A DNA stretch of 55,503 nt from an uncultured Chromatiaceae bacterium (GCA_964522655.1 CAZFWB010000001.1:1-55503), one strand, 5' to 3'. Counted from the stretch's first letter, positions 1 through 9,773 are shown. Program-made: numbers and translations. The notes: generated from the letters alone by a model not told the origin.

Positions 1-341
1 GCGTCGTGTACTCGACCGACCACGGCCGGACCTGTCCGGCCTGCGGCCGGCCGCTGACAAGTTGCGCTTGCCGCCGCGGCGACAAGCGGCCGCCACCGGG
101 CGACGGTATCGTGCGCGTCGGCCGACAGACACAGGGCCGCAAAGGCAAGGGCGTCACGCTGGTCACGGGCGTGCCGCTCGCCGGCGCCGAGCTCGAGGCG
201 CTCGCTGCGGAGCTGCGCAGGCGCTGCGGGGCAGGCGGCACGGTGCGGGAAGGGGTGATCGAGATCCAGGGTGAGCACCGCGACCTGCTCGCGGCCGAAC
301 TGTCCCGGCGCGGTTGGACGGTGAGGCGATCCGGGGCGTAG
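1..341 (+). CDS. yciH: Translation initiation factor SUI1/YciH family protein (probably 5'-truncated by the window edge)
   Basis: VYSTD...CPACG...C N-terminus, then GRKGKGVT, CGAGGTV and IEIQGEHRD motifs; frame is open upstream of the GTG at 6. Confidence 0.9.
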   Translation, partial: VVYSTDHGRTCPACGRPLTSCACRRGDKRPPPGDGIVRVGRQTQGRKGKGVTLVTGVPLAGAELEALAAELRRRCGAGGTVREGVIEIQGEHRDLLAAELSRRGWTVRRSGA

Positions 342-351
342 CATCGCGCCT

Positions 352-732
352 ATGACCATCACCTGGTTTTTTTTCCGCGCCGCGATCGCCTCGCTGGGCC
401 TGTGGCTCGCGAGCGAGCTGGTGGACGGGCTCGAATTCACCGGGCCGGGCTCGCTGATCCTCGCCGCCATCCTGCTCGGCGTCGTCAACGCGCTGGTGCG
501 CCCGGTGCTGGTGCTGCTGACACTGCCGCTCACAGTCGTCACGCTCGGCATCTTCCTGCTGGTGATCAACGGGCTCATGCTCGGGCTGGTGGCGGGCCTG
601 CTGCCAGGCTTCACCATCGCCGGTTTCTGGGACGCGTTCTGGGGCGCGATTATCGTGGGCCTGGTGAGCTGGGTGGGTGCGGCCGTGTTCGGCCCGCCCG
701 GCACCATCGAGGTCAGGATCCACCGGGACTGA
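352..732 (+). CDS. YvlD/DUF360-type 4-TM membrane protein (phage holin superfamily IV-like)
   Basis: LGVVNALVRPVLVLLTLPLTVVTLGIFLLVING signature; hydrophobic throughout. Confidence 0.85.
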   Translation: MTITWFFFRAAIASLGLWLASELVDGLEFTGPGSLILAAILLGVVNALVRPVLVLLTLPLTVVTLGIFLLVINGLMLGLVAGLLPGFTIAGFWDAFWGAIIVGLVSWVGAAVFGPPGTIEVRIHRD

Positions 733-735
733 GCC

Positions 736-1098
736 ATGCCGAGTCTGATCGCAACGCCAGCGCGCATCGAGGCGGCAGGCAACACGCTTAAGCTGATCGA
801 GGAGTTCGTGGGCCGTGTCAACACCGGCCACCGGCAGATGAGCGTCGCACGCATGGTCTCGCCGGAGGGTTGGGCAGAGCCGGGCCAGCGACCGGAGTTC
901 CGCGAGGTGACCGTGGTGCTGCGCGGCAGGCTGCGCGTGGAGCACGAGACCGGGGTGATCGAGGTCGCCGCGGGACAGGCGCTGATCACGGAGCCGGGCG
1001 AGTGGGTGCGCTACAGCACGCCGGTCGCGGGCGGGGCGGAGTACCTCGCTATCTGCACGCCGGCGTTCTCGCCGCAGACGGTTCATCGCGACGAGTGA
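736..1098 (+). CDS. Cupin domain protein
   Basis: SPEGWAEPGQRPEFxE...WVRYSTP..GAEYLAIC.PAFSP cupin barrel pattern. Confidence 0.85.
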   Translation: MPSLIATPARIEAAGNTLKLIEEFVGRVNTGHRQMSVARMVSPEGWAEPGQRPEFREVTVVLRGRLRVEHETGVIEVAAGQALITEPGEWVRYSTPVAGGAEYLAICTPAFSPQTVHRDE

Positions 1099-1132
1099 GC
1101 GGCGCGACGACTCCGCGCAAAAACTTTGCCGT

Positions 1133-1795
1133 ATGTCCGATCTCACCCTGGTCATTGCCAACCGCAACTACTCCTCCTGGTCGCTGCGCGCCTGGCTTTT
1201 TCTGAAGCATGTCGGCGTGCCGTTCCAGGAAATACGGATTCCGCTCGACCAGCCGGACACGCATGCACAGATCGCGCGCTACTCGCCCTCGGGCCGCGTG
1301 CCGGTGCTGCTCGACGGTGAGCTGGCGGTGTGGGACTCGCTCGCCATCTGCGAGTACGTCAATGAAGCTGTCGCGGGCGCCAACGGCTGGCCGGCGGACC
1401 GGGCAGAACGCGCGGTGGCACGCTCGGTGTCCGCGGAAATGCATTCCGGATTCCAGGCGCTGCGCGGCGAGCTGCCGATGAACATCCGCGCCCGGCGGCG
1501 CGTGACCCCGACTGACGCGGCCCGGGCGGACATCCGCCGGGTGCTGGCAATCTGGGAAACCTGCCGCGCGCAATACGGCGCGGGCGGTCCCTGGCTGTTC
1601 GGGCGCTTCTCGATCGCGGACGCCATGTACGCGCCTGTGGTGTTCCGCTTCCGGAACTACGGGATCGAGCTGGCCGGCGAGGCGGCTGCATTCGCCTCCG
1701 CCGTGCTGGCCCACCCGGCCGTCGTCGAGTGGGTGGCGGCGGCGGAGGCGGAGACCGAAATCGTGCCCTCGGACGAGGCCGGCGAACCGGCCTGA
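1133..1795 (+). CDS. Glutathione S-transferase family protein
   Basis: NYSSWSLR, SPSGRVPVL, WDSLAICEY, AEMHSGF and FSIADAMYAPV motifs. Confidence 0.93.
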   Translation: MSDLTLVIANRNYSSWSLRAWLFLKHVGVPFQEIRIPLDQPDTHAQIARYSPSGRVPVLLDGELAVWDSLAICEYVNEAVAGANGWPADRAERAVARSVSAEMHSGFQALRGELPMNIRARRRVTPTDAARADIRRVLAIWETCRAQYGAGGPWLFGRFSIADAMYAPVVFRFRNYGIELAGEAAAFASAVLAHPAVVEWVAAAEAETEIVPSDEAGEPA

Positions 1796-1875
1796 TTGCC
1801 CGCGGCTCTTGCAATCCTGCGGGCTTGCTGGAACGCTGCCGTCGCGAAGCCCGGCCAAAAAGGAACTGCGCGCCC

Positions 1876-2181
1876 GTGTCCAACTCGTCCGTCATCGGCC
1901 TGACCGGCCAGTACTGGAAGCTCGCCCTCGGCGCCGCCGCGCTGCTCGTCGGCAGCATCGCCCCGCTCGCGGCCGCGACCGGAATGTCCTGGACCACGGG
2001 CACAGTGCTCGCGGTGGCCGGTTACGCATTCGTGTGCCTCACCGTGCGCTGCCCGGCCTGCCGCAGCCGCTGGTTCTGGCAGGCCGCCCTCGACGCCGGA
2101 CTGTACGGCCCGCTCTTTCGGCGCTCCGAGTGCCCGCAGTGCCGGCGCGACTATGCCGGCGCAGCGCGCGATGCCGTTTAG
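1876..2181 (+). CDS. Small hypothetical membrane protein with C-terminal zinc-ribbon-like motif
   Basis: GTG at 1876 after AGGA; two hydrophobic helices, then CPAC...CPQC. Confidence 0.6.
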   Translation: MSNSSVIGLTGQYWKLALGAAALLVGSIAPLAAATGMSWTTGTVLAVAGYAFVCLTVRCPACRSRWFWQAALDAGLYGPLFRRSECPQCRRDYAGAARDAV

Positions 2182-2207
2182 CCGGCGCCGGTGACGCCTC
2201 GCGCGCG

Positions 2208-2981
2208 ATGGGCCCGGCGGACTTTTTTCCGGCAGACTTTCGTGGACCAGGCTGGCTGGACGGCGCGATGCTCGCCCTCGCGGCGGGGGCGACGCTGCTC
2301 GCGCAGTGGTTCCTGCGGGTACGCGACCGTCACCCGGAGCACGTTTACAGTCCGCCGCTCGCCTGGATCCGCGCGGCGCTGTACTTCTGCGCAGTGTTGT
2401 TCGTGAGCTGGCTCGCCGGTGTGCTGCCGGTCGTGCTGCAGACGCCGCCGGTGACGGCCGAACAGCTCGCCGATCCCGTGTGGATCGCTCTCACCTGCCT
2501 GTGCATCGCGACACTGGTGTGGGGCTACGTGCTGTGGTGGCCGCGCGGCACGCTCACTTACGACCGGCAACGATGTCTTGCCGTGCAGATTCCCTTCGGA
2601 CTGGCGTGGGGCGCCTGCTCGGCGCAGGTGCCGCTGGTGTTCTGGGCCGTGGTCGAGGACTTCGGGTTCGGCCGCTGGTGGACCGCCGCGCTGGTGCTGT
2701 TCCTGTTGTCCGGCTTCAACCAGCTCTACCAGAGCGGCTGGTGGGATATCCACGTATCACCGCCGCACAACCTGCGCGCCTGGAACGCGAAGAAGGTGCT
2801 CTTCGGCCACATGCCGTTCCTGCTCGCGCTGCTCGCGACCTTTGCCTATTTCGGCAACGCCGCGCTGTTCACACTGCTCTACGCCGGGGCGCTGGCCTGC
2901 TCGGCGGTGGCGATGCGTTTCCCGCCGTTCTGGGCGGCCGATGGATCCGTGGTGTCACGCGAGACCGCGATCGGCGTCTGA
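2208..2981 (+). CDS. Hypothetical multi-pass membrane protein
   Basis: ATG at 2208 in the 1809..2981 frame; about 7 hydrophobic segments; WWDIHVSPPHN loop. Confidence 0.7.
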   Translation: MGPADFFPADFRGPGWLDGAMLALAAGATLLAQWFLRVRDRHPEHVYSPPLAWIRAALYFCAVLFVSWLAGVLPVVLQTPPVTAEQLADPVWIALTCLCIATLVWGYVLWWPRGTLTYDRQRCLAVQIPFGLAWGACSAQVPLVFWAVVEDFGFGRWWTAALVLFLLSGFNQLYQSGWWDIHVSPPHNLRAWNAKKVLFGHMPFLLALLATFAYFGNAALFTLLYAGALACSAVAMRFPPFWAADGSVVSRETAIGV

Positions 2982-2991
2982 CACGCGACGA

Positions 2992-3396
2992 TCAGGTGCC
3001 GGAAAAGGTGCGCACCCAGGCGATCAGGTCGCGGATGTCCTGGTCGGTGAGGTGCGGTCCGAAGGCCGGCATCACGAAGTACTTGCCGACGTCCTGGCCG
3101 CCCTTGCAGATTGCCAGGTACAGGTAGGCGTCGGGCAGGGTCTTCATGTAGGCCGGATCGCTCTGGTCCTTCGGCTGCGTGTCCATGTGCATCACGATCA
3201 CTTCGGCCTTGCCGTCGATGCCGTGGCAGCCCACGCAGTGCTCGAGATGCAGTGCCTTGCCCCGTGTGGCATCCCCCCGCAGTTCGCCGGCCGGCGTGCA
3301 GTTGTTGCTCTCGAGCGCGTTGCCTTCGGCGGCGACTGTTGCGGCTGCCGGCAGCAACGCCAGAGACGTAGCGAGGATCGCGAGCGCCGTTCTCAT
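2992..3396 (-). CDS. Periplasmic monoheme cytochrome c
   Basis: Sec signal peptide, CVGCH heme motif, distal Met in MPAF, LTDQDIRDLIAWVR C-terminal helix. Confidence 0.92.
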   Translation of the reverse strand: MRTALAILATSLALLPAAATVAAEGNALESNNCTPAGELRGDATRGKALHLEHCVGCHGIDGKAEVIVMHMDTQPKDQSDPAYMKTLPDAYLYLAICKGGQDVGKYFVMPAFGPHLTDQDIRDLIAWVRTFSGT

Positions 3397-3410
3397 GGCG
3401 ATTGGCCCGG

Positions 3411-4835
3411 TCAGACGAGCGCGACCCAGCCGTACTGGGTGTGGCTCGGTTCGGGTCCCGATTCCTGGTAGGCAGTTTTCATCCGGCTCAACGCGTCACC
3501 CGGTATGGCCTCGCGCTGTGCCTGGACGTCGATGCCGAAGAGCCGCGCGCCATTCAGGCCGAAGATCCGCTCGCGATCGGCCGCGGTGATCGGCCGGTAG
3601 CCGTGCTTCTCGATCAGCTTGTCGGGTATCTGGAAGCGGCGCATCGCTTCAATCTGCCATTGCGGCGAACCCCACCAGATGCTGTCGGTGCCCCAGATGA
3701 CGCGCTCCGGGCCAACCGCGCGCAGGCACTGGCCGAGCAGATGGCCGCAGACTTCCGGATGGGTCACCACGGAATGGCCGAAGACGGCGCCTAGTTCGAG
3801 GTAGACGTTGGTCACGTCGGGATTGGCGGCGAGCTCGCGGCAGAACCCGGTCGTCCAGGGGATGTTGCCGTCCGCGTCGATGCCGCTTTCACCCGGCGGC
3901 ACTGTGGTCATCATGTGCTGCATGCCGGAGTGGAATACGATGAAATTCAGTTGCGGCCAGTCCTTCGCGGCCTTGAGGATGTCGTCGGGGCGGAAGAAAT
4001 CCTTGCCGGGTCCGGGCAGCGGCAGGCCCTTGTGCGTGCAGATGTTCCGCACGCCCAGCTTTACCGTGCGCTCGTAGAAGGGGTAGGCAATTTTTTCGTC
4101 ATCGTGCCGCCAGGGCTTCACCGGGTCGCCGGTATAGAACTTCCAGGCGTCGATCTTCAGCTCCTTCACCTGCCGCTCGGCGTCGTCGAGCCAGCCCGGA
4201 TTGGACGGTGCGCCGATGCCGTGGCTCAGCATGCGGCGCGAGCCGGCGGCCTCGTTGACCGCGTTGCGGGTGGCTACCATTTCCTCCGACGGCAACACAT
4301 AAGTATTGGGCGGGCCGAAGGCGGCGCCGCTGATGCAGGCCATGACCGTGTCGCTGTCGAAGAACATTTCCTTGATGTAGTTGGCCCGGTGCAGGCTGTC
4401 GGGCGCCGGGGTCACCCCAGCCAGCGCCGGGTTGAGGCCGAACTTGCCGGTCAGCGTGCGGAACACGGTCGGGCCGGCCATGCTGTCTTTCACGTGGTGG
4501 GTCTGGCCGTCGAGGATGAATTCGTTCTTCGGCCACATCTCCCGCGCGGCGGCCGGCTCCAGCGCCTCGGCCTCCGCGACCCGGAACACCGGCCCGAAGA
4601 CGTCGTTCATGGCCATGAAGGCTGCCGCCATGCCGCCGCTCGACTGCAGGAAGGCGCGGCGGCTGATGCCGAGACGCCGGGCGTAACGATCGGCGAGCTC
4701 GCTGATGCGGTGCTCCACCCGCCGCTGGTCCTCGGTCTGCGGCATCGGGACGAATTCTTCGTTCGATACGATCTGGGTGGGGATCGGCGTGCAACGGCCG
4801 ATCATGCGGTCTTTGCGGTTCTTGCGGATCCACAT
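3411..4835 (-). CDS. Amidohydrolase_2 family metal-dependent hydrolase
   Basis: DGQTHH, WKFYT, THKG, FHSG and WGTDS motifs; ATG at 4835 with GGAG upstream. Confidence 0.88.
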   Translation of the reverse strand: MWIRKNRKDRMIGRCTPIPTQIVSNEEFVPMPQTEDQRRVEHRISELADRYARRLGISRRAFLQSSGGMAAAFMAMNDVFGPVFRVAEAEALEPAAAREMWPKNEFILDGQTHHVKDSMAGPTVFRTLTGKFGLNPALAGVTPAPDSLHRANYIKEMFFDSDTVMACISGAAFGPPNTYVLPSEEMVATRNAVNEAAGSRRMLSHGIGAPSNPGWLDDAERQVKELKIDAWKFYTGDPVKPWRHDDEKIAYPFYERTVKLGVRNICTHKGLPLPGPGKDFFRPDDILKAAKDWPQLNFIVFHSGMQHMMTTVPPGESGIDADGNIPWTTGFCRELAANPDVTNVYLELGAVFGHSVVTHPEVCGHLLGQCLRAVGPERVIWGTDSIWWGSPQWQIEAMRRFQIPDKLIEKHGYRPITAADRERIFGLNGARLFGIDVQAQREAIPGDALSRMKTAYQESGPEPSHTQYGWVALV

Positions 4836-4935
4836 GGCTGACTCCCGCGCTACGGGCCTCGACCCCGACACTAGATACCCGAATTCGGGCCGTTTACCAA
4901 GCCTCAACGGAACTCAGCCGATGGTTTGGCTTTTC

Positions 4936-5412
4936 TTAACTGCCATCGGTGGCCTGAGCGGTGAACTCCAGCAGTTCGAGGATGTTGCCGTCGCAGTCGC
5001 GAGCGTAGGTCACCCAGCCGCTGTCCTGGCGCTGCGGCGGACAGTGAAATCGCACGCCTGCGGCGCGTAGCCGCTCGTACTCGTGGTGGATGTCCTTGAC
5101 CTCGAGACAGATGTGCGAGATGCCGTGGTCGCAGGCGGGCCGGTCGCCGTGGACCGCACGCGGGTTGGGCGAAGTGAACTCGAAAATCTCGAGATAGCTC
5201 GGTCCCAGCCTGAGCATCGCGGCCCGCGCCGCGGAATCGCGCAGGCCGGTTACCTCGTCGGCGGCAGGGGTGCCCCGCGGCCAGGCGAATGTCCAGGCCA
5301 CCTCGCAGCCGATCACGCCGGTGTAGAACTCGGGGCAGCGATCGAGGTCCGGCGTGGACAGCGCCGCGTGGTGGAATCCGCTGATCATCGGCTTCTGCTC
5401 CCCGATCGTCAT
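4936..5412 (-). CDS. VOC/glyoxalase family protein
   Basis: FHHAALSTPDLD, LEIFEF, GISHICLEV and YARDCDGNILEL (H/E/H/E metal ligands). Confidence 0.88.
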   Translation of the reverse strand: MTIGEQKPMISGFHHAALSTPDLDRCPEFYTGVIGCEVAWTFAWPRGTPAADEVTGLRDSAARAAMLRLGPSYLEIFEFTSPNPRAVHGDRPACDHGISHICLEVKDIHHEYERLRAAGVRFHCPPQRQDSGWVTYARDCDGNILELLEFTAQATDGS

Positions 5413-5625
5413 ACTGACTCCGGTCCATCCGACGATAGCACGGCGCGCGCCCGGGCGCGGGGCGCTCGGCTGGCCGTCACGGCCGGCGGCGGGCGCATGA
5501 GACCGTTGTCATCGAGCCCCGTCGGAGCGGAGAATAGCGGCAGGGCCACGTCGGCGATGGCCTCGACAGGGGCAGGCATCAGTCGTGAGCGTCCTCCCGG
5601 CAATTACCAACCGGCGACTTCGCCG

Positions 5626-6513
5626 GTGGATCGCGTGGCGGTTCGCGTCATCGTCGTGACGCTCGCGCTGGCCGCAGGCAGCGGGAGCGCATCGGCGGGC
5701 CTCGTATTCAGCGAGGCCGAGGTGATCGAGGCCGGCACGGCGTCGGCCGTCCGGCAGGTGCGGCGGGTGTTCGCGCAGGCCGGTCAATTGAAGGCCGTAT
5801 TCCAGCAGAGCGCGGACGCGCTGTTTCCGGAAGGCGCCTACCTGCTCGTCGCCGACGGGGAAGCGGTCCTGGTCGACCCGGCGCGCTCCACGATTGCGCC
5901 GGTCATTGCCGCCGACATGCACCCGGTGCCGGCATCGGCGGGCGAGGTCGCGGCGACGCGGCGGTTCTCGGATGTGCGCCTCGAGTTGCAGATGGACGAG
6001 CGGGGGCCGACGCTGCTCGGGCTGCCGACCTGGCACTATGTCTATCTGCTGAGTTACCGGGAGCTGGCGCCGGGCGAGTCCTCGAGTGCGGCCGTAATCA
6101 CCGAGGAGCGGCACGAGTTCTGGGCCGCGGCACTGCCCGAGGAGGAAGCGGCGCTGTCGGCCTGGCGCGAGCTGCGCGTGGCGGAGGACGGCGGCGCCGG
6201 ATTCGCGCGCCGCGAGATCCGCGAAGCGGTGGCCCAGATGTACGAACGCGGCTTCTTCCTGCGCCATGTCATCGAGCGGCGCGATCGCGAACCTGCCGGC
6301 GCCACGGAGACGGTGGAGCGCGAGCGCATCGCGCGCGAGGTGACCGCCGTCAGCCGCGAGGACATAGCCGCAGCGGTCTTCGAGAAACCCGCCGGTTTCT
6401 CCCAGACCGAGTTCCTGGTGCCGGGACCGGACGAGGCGGCCGGCCCGGGGCTGCCTCATCGCGGAAAGCCCGGCGATAGCGGCTATTCACCACCGGCGTC
6501 GGCCACGGAGTAA
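5626..6513 (+). CDS. Exported hypothetical protein (DUF4412-like)
   Basis: GTG at 5626 gives a signal peptide ending ASA; C-terminal FEKPAGF resembles the DUF4412/LolA-like F.xP.GY tail; start uncertain. Confidence 0.5.
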   Translation: MDRVAVRVIVVTLALAAGSGSASAGLVFSEAEVIEAGTASAVRQVRRVFAQAGQLKAVFQQSADALFPEGAYLLVADGEAVLVDPARSTIAPVIAADMHPVPASAGEVAATRRFSDVRLELQMDERGPTLLGLPTWHYVYLLSYRELAPGESSSAAVITEERHEFWAAALPEEEAALSAWRELRVAEDGGAGFARREIREAVAQMYERGFFLRHVIERRDREPAGATETVERERIAREVTAVSREDIAAAVFEKPAGFSQTEFLVPGPDEAAGPGLPHRGKPGDSGYSPPASATE

Positions 6514-6518
6514 CAGGA

Positions 6519-6959
6519 ATGGGCGGACAACCGCAGCTGAAGTCCTTCGAGGGGTCCTGCCACTGCGGGGCGATCGAGTTCACGTACGAGACGCGGCTGT
6601 CGCCGCGGCGCTGGCAACCGCGCGCCTGCCAGTGCTCGTTCTGTCGCGGACACGGCGCCGTGACGGTGTCCGATCCCGAGGGAACGGTGCAGTTCCGCTA
6701 CGTGCATCCGGACCGGTTGCGCCGCTATCGATTCTCGTTCCGCACCACGGACTTCCTGCTCTGTCGCGAATGCGGTTTCTACCTCGGTGCCGTGATGATG
6801 ACCGGCTCCGGCGCGGTGGCGGCGATCAACGTGAACACGCTGCGGGAACGCCCGCGCGGGATGCCGGCAGCGCGGTCGGTCAACTACCGCAACGAGTCGC
6901 TCGAGCAACGCCGCGCCCGGCGCCTGGAGAACTGGACGCCGGTGTTCGGTCCGGTGTGA
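6519..6959 (+). CDS. GFA/CENP-V family Zn-binding (aldehyde-activating) protein
   Basis: GSCHCGAI, CQCSFC, CRECG and AINVN motifs. Confidence 0.9.
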   Translation: MGGQPQLKSFEGSCHCGAIEFTYETRLSPRRWQPRACQCSFCRGHGAVTVSDPEGTVQFRYVHPDRLRRYRFSFRTTDFLLCRECGFYLGAVMMTGSGAVAAINVNTLRERPRGMPAARSVNYRNESLEQRRARRLENWTPVFGPV

Positions 6960-7052
6960 CAGGTGCCGGGTTTTCGGTTTCGGAAACCTCGGACCTTGGT
7001 AACAGTTAGAGGGAACATGTTTCGGTTGCCGAAACCGAAAACCCGGCACCTG
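6960..7052. repeat. Long intergenic inverted repeat (REP/MITE-like hairpin)
   Basis: CAGGTGCCGGGTTTTCGGTTTCGG (6960-6983) is the exact reverse complement of 7029-7052; lies between convergent genes. Confidence 0.85.
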
Positions 7053-7053
7053 C

Positions 7054-8295
7054 TTAATCGAGCAGGTGCGAAACCATGCCGTCGGCGAGTTTCGGCTCGA
7101 ACCAGGTGGACTTCGGTGGCATCACGCGATTGGCGTCCGCGACCGCCATGAGCGCGTCCATGCGCGTGGGATAGAGCGCGAAGGCAACGGCCATCTCGCC
7201 GCTGCCGACGCGCTTTTCGAGCTCGGCGAGGCCTCTCATGCCGCCGACGAAATCGATGCGCTTGTCGGTGCGGGGGTCCGCGATGCCGAGTAGCGGGCCG
7301 AGCAGGTGTTGCTGCAGCAGGCTCACGTCGAGCCGTTCCACCGGATCGGCCGGGATCAGCTGCGGCCGGATCGACAGCCGGCGCCAGCGCCCATCCATGA
7401 ACATGCAGAATTCGCCGGGTTTGCGGGGTCGCGCCTGGTCGGTCACATCCTCGATGGCGAAGTGCTCGCCGATGCGGGCAAGAAACGCCTGCGGTGACAG
7501 GCCGGCAAGGTCCTTCACGACGCGGTTATAGTCGAGGATGCGCATCTCGTCGTGGGGAAAGGCGACGCAGAGAAAGTACTCGTAGGACTCATCGCCGGTC
7601 GGACGCGGGTCACCTGCGCGCAGCGTGGCCGCCACCCGCGAGGCCGCGGCGGAACGGTGATGCCCGTCTGCGATGTAGAGCGCATCCATGGAGTCGAACG
7701 AGTGCGTCAACGTGGCGACGGTTTCGGCGTCACCCGCCCGCCACAGCGTGTGCGCGATGCCGTCGTCGGCGGTCACGTCGTACAGGGGTTGCCCCTGCGC
7801 GATGCCGTCGAGCAGTTCGCGCACGCCGGCGTGGCTGCGGTAGGCGAGCAGCACCGGCCCGGTCTGCGCCCGCAACGCCATGATCTGGCGGACCCGGTCG
7901 TCCTCCTTGTCCGGGCGGGTGAACTCGTGCCTGCGGATGCGGTTGTCGTCATAGGCGGCGACGCTGCCGATGCAGGCGATACCGGTCTGCCGGTGCTCGC
8001 CCATCCGCAGCCGATAAACGTAGTAGCCGGGCTCCGCGTCGCGGATCAGCACGCCGCTTTCGATCATGCGGTGAAAAGTCGTCGCGCCCTGCGCATACAC
8101 CCGCGGATCGTACGGTTCGATGTCGGCCGGCAGGTCGATCTCCGGCTTAGAGATGTGCAGGAAGGAGTACTGCCTGCCGCCGGCCCGTTCACGCGCCTCG
8201 GCCGAGCTGAGCACGTCGTAGGGCGGTGCGATGACGTCTGCGGCGCGCCCCGGCGCGGGGCGCAGCGCGCGCAATGGCTTGATGAGTGTCGGCAT
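7054..8295 (-). CDS. DUF1015 family protein
   Basis: APPYDV, SFLHISKPEI, IRRHEFT, YIADGHHR and MPPKSTWFEPKL motifs. Confidence 0.93.
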   Translation of the reverse strand: MPTLIKPLRALRPAPGRAADVIAPPYDVLSSAEARERAGGRQYSFLHISKPEIDLPADIEPYDPRVYAQGATTFHRMIESGVLIRDAEPGYYVYRLRMGEHRQTGIACIGSVAAYDDNRIRRHEFTRPDKEDDRVRQIMALRAQTGPVLLAYRSHAGVRELLDGIAQGQPLYDVTADDGIAHTLWRAGDAETVATLTHSFDSMDALYIADGHHRSAAASRVAATLRAGDPRPTGDESYEYFLCVAFPHDEMRILDYNRVVKDLAGLSPQAFLARIGEHFAIEDVTDQARPRKPGEFCMFMDGRWRRLSIRPQLIPADPVERLDVSLLQQHLLGPLLGIADPRTDKRIDFVGGMRGLAELEKRVGSGEMAVAFALYPTRMDALMAVADANRVMPPKSTWFEPKLADGMVSHLLD

Positions 8296-8305
8296 GGCGA
8301 TTGCG

Positions 8306-9763
8306 TCAGGCCTGCTGCAGCACTTCCAGCGCGGCGCGTTCGCCGGACTCCATGGCTCCTTCCATGCCGCGATTGGAGATCGCCGTGTGTTCGCCGCAGA
8401 AGTGGATCCGGCCATGCGCCGCGCCGATTTCGGCCGCGAATGCGCTGACCTGCCCGGGCTCCCACACCGCCCAGTCGCCGCGGGAAAACGGGTCCTGCAT
8501 CCAGGAGTGATAGGCGAGCACCTCGAGCTGGCCCCTCGACGCGGGCCGCAGTTGCTCAATTTCCCGCACGACGGCGGCGGTCGCTTCCCGGCTGCTCATC
8601 GCATCGAGCTTGCGGGCGTTATGGCCCCGTAACCAGGCGGCCAGGCTGGTGACCTCCTTCGGGTCGGCGCCCCTGTGTTCGGCCACCACCATGTTGACCA
8701 GACCGTCGGAGACGAAGTTGGGCGCCAGGCCATCCTGATCCCAGAAGTTCTTTTTCGGCACGATGTGCATGAGGCTGATCGCCTGCACGCCGAGCTCGCG
8801 CACCGCCCGCGCCTGCACGCCGCCGAGTGCGGGCTCGATGGCAACGTTTTTCAGCACCGCGGTCGGGATGGAGCACACTACGTGCCCGGCCCGGTAACGG
8901 CTGCCGTCGGCGCAACGAGCCTCCGCGCCGTCTTTGTCCGTGCGGATGGCGACGACCTCGCGCCTGAACTCCACCGGGTTCTTCAGCGCCTTTGCCATGG
9001 CCTCCGGGATCGCCTGGTTACCGCCGCGGGCCGTATAGCCCATGGCCTTGCCTTTGGCGAGTTCCTGCTGCGTCTGCTGGAACTTCAGTGCGGACAGCAC
9101 CATCAGCGCCGAGACGCCGTCCGCGCTGTCACCCCAGCCCGGGTTGATGTCGTAGGCCAGGTGGATCGCCTCGTCGGACCAGCCGATGCTCCGCAGCCAC
9201 TCGCTGAGTGGCACGTCCAGCCTGGCGTTGGCCGGATCGACCCAGGCGTCGTTGGTTGCAAGCGGGTTCTTCGGCCCGGCCGTGGCGCCGAGGTAGGCCC
9301 AGGGCATCAGCTTCTTCAGCGGCTCCGGGAAGGGGTTCTGCGGATGTGAGGGCCACTGGTCCGCGCCAATGCGCTCGCCGCCGAGGAACAACTCGCGCTG
9401 GAAGAAGAAAGGAATGATCGGAGTCAGGTCCACCAGTTCGACCCTGTGGTCGATTGCGGCGCTCACCAGCCGGGCGTAACCCGGCCCGAAACCCGTGCCG
9501 CCCGATTCCGGGTTGCCCGGCACATTGCGATGGGAGAGCACGCGCCCGCCCACGCGCTCGCGGCCCTCGATGACGCGCACGTCCACACCGGCGTCCTGCA
9601 GCGCGAGGGCAGCGGCAAGGCCCGACAGGCCTGCCCCGATCACCAGCACCTTGGTCTTCGTCTGGGCGCGCAGGAGGCGCGGCGCCGAGGCCAGCGCGGC
9701 GGCGGCGCCGGCGGCCGAGAGCAGCGTGCGCCGGTCAAGGCTGCGGGAAGCGCGACGGGTCAT
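8306..9763 (-). CDS. Tat-exported flavin monoamine oxidase family protein
   Basis: DRRTLL Tat motif, GAGLSG FAD loop, RVGGR, HFCGEH, GMEGAMESGERAA; AAGGA RBS. Confidence 0.88.
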   Translation of the reverse strand: MTRRASRSLDRRTLLSAAGAAAALASAPRLLRAQTKTKVLVIGAGLSGLAAALALQDAGVDVRVIEGRERVGGRVLSHRNVPGNPESGGTGFGPGYARLVSAAIDHRVELVDLTPIIPFFFQRELFLGGERIGADQWPSHPQNPFPEPLKKLMPWAYLGATAGPKNPLATNDAWVDPANARLDVPLSEWLRSIGWSDEAIHLAYDINPGWGDSADGVSALMVLSALKFQQTQQELAKGKAMGYTARGGNQAIPEAMAKALKNPVEFRREVVAIRTDKDGAEARCADGSRYRAGHVVCSIPTAVLKNVAIEPALGGVQARAVRELGVQAISLMHIVPKKNFWDQDGLAPNFVSDGLVNMVVAEHRGADPKEVTSLAAWLRGHNARKLDAMSSREATAAVVREIEQLRPASRGQLEVLAYHSWMQDPFSRGDWAVWEPGQVSAFAAEIGAAHGRIHFCGEHTAISNRGMEGAMESGERAALEVLQQA

Positions 9764-9773
9764 GGTCGTGTCC

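Noticed and set aside
352-732. Prophage suggested by the holin-like protein
   Set aside because: No integrase, endolysin or structural genes; this family is commonly chromosomal
4878-4889. 12-bp palindrome CCCGAATTCGGG upstream of the amidohydrolase
   Set aside because: Single occurrence with no adjacent regulator; could be chance
5409-5603. Small ORF whose stop overlaps the VOC start
   Set aside because: Low-complexity Arg/Ala/Pro product, long RBS spacing and an uncertain VOC start; insufficient support
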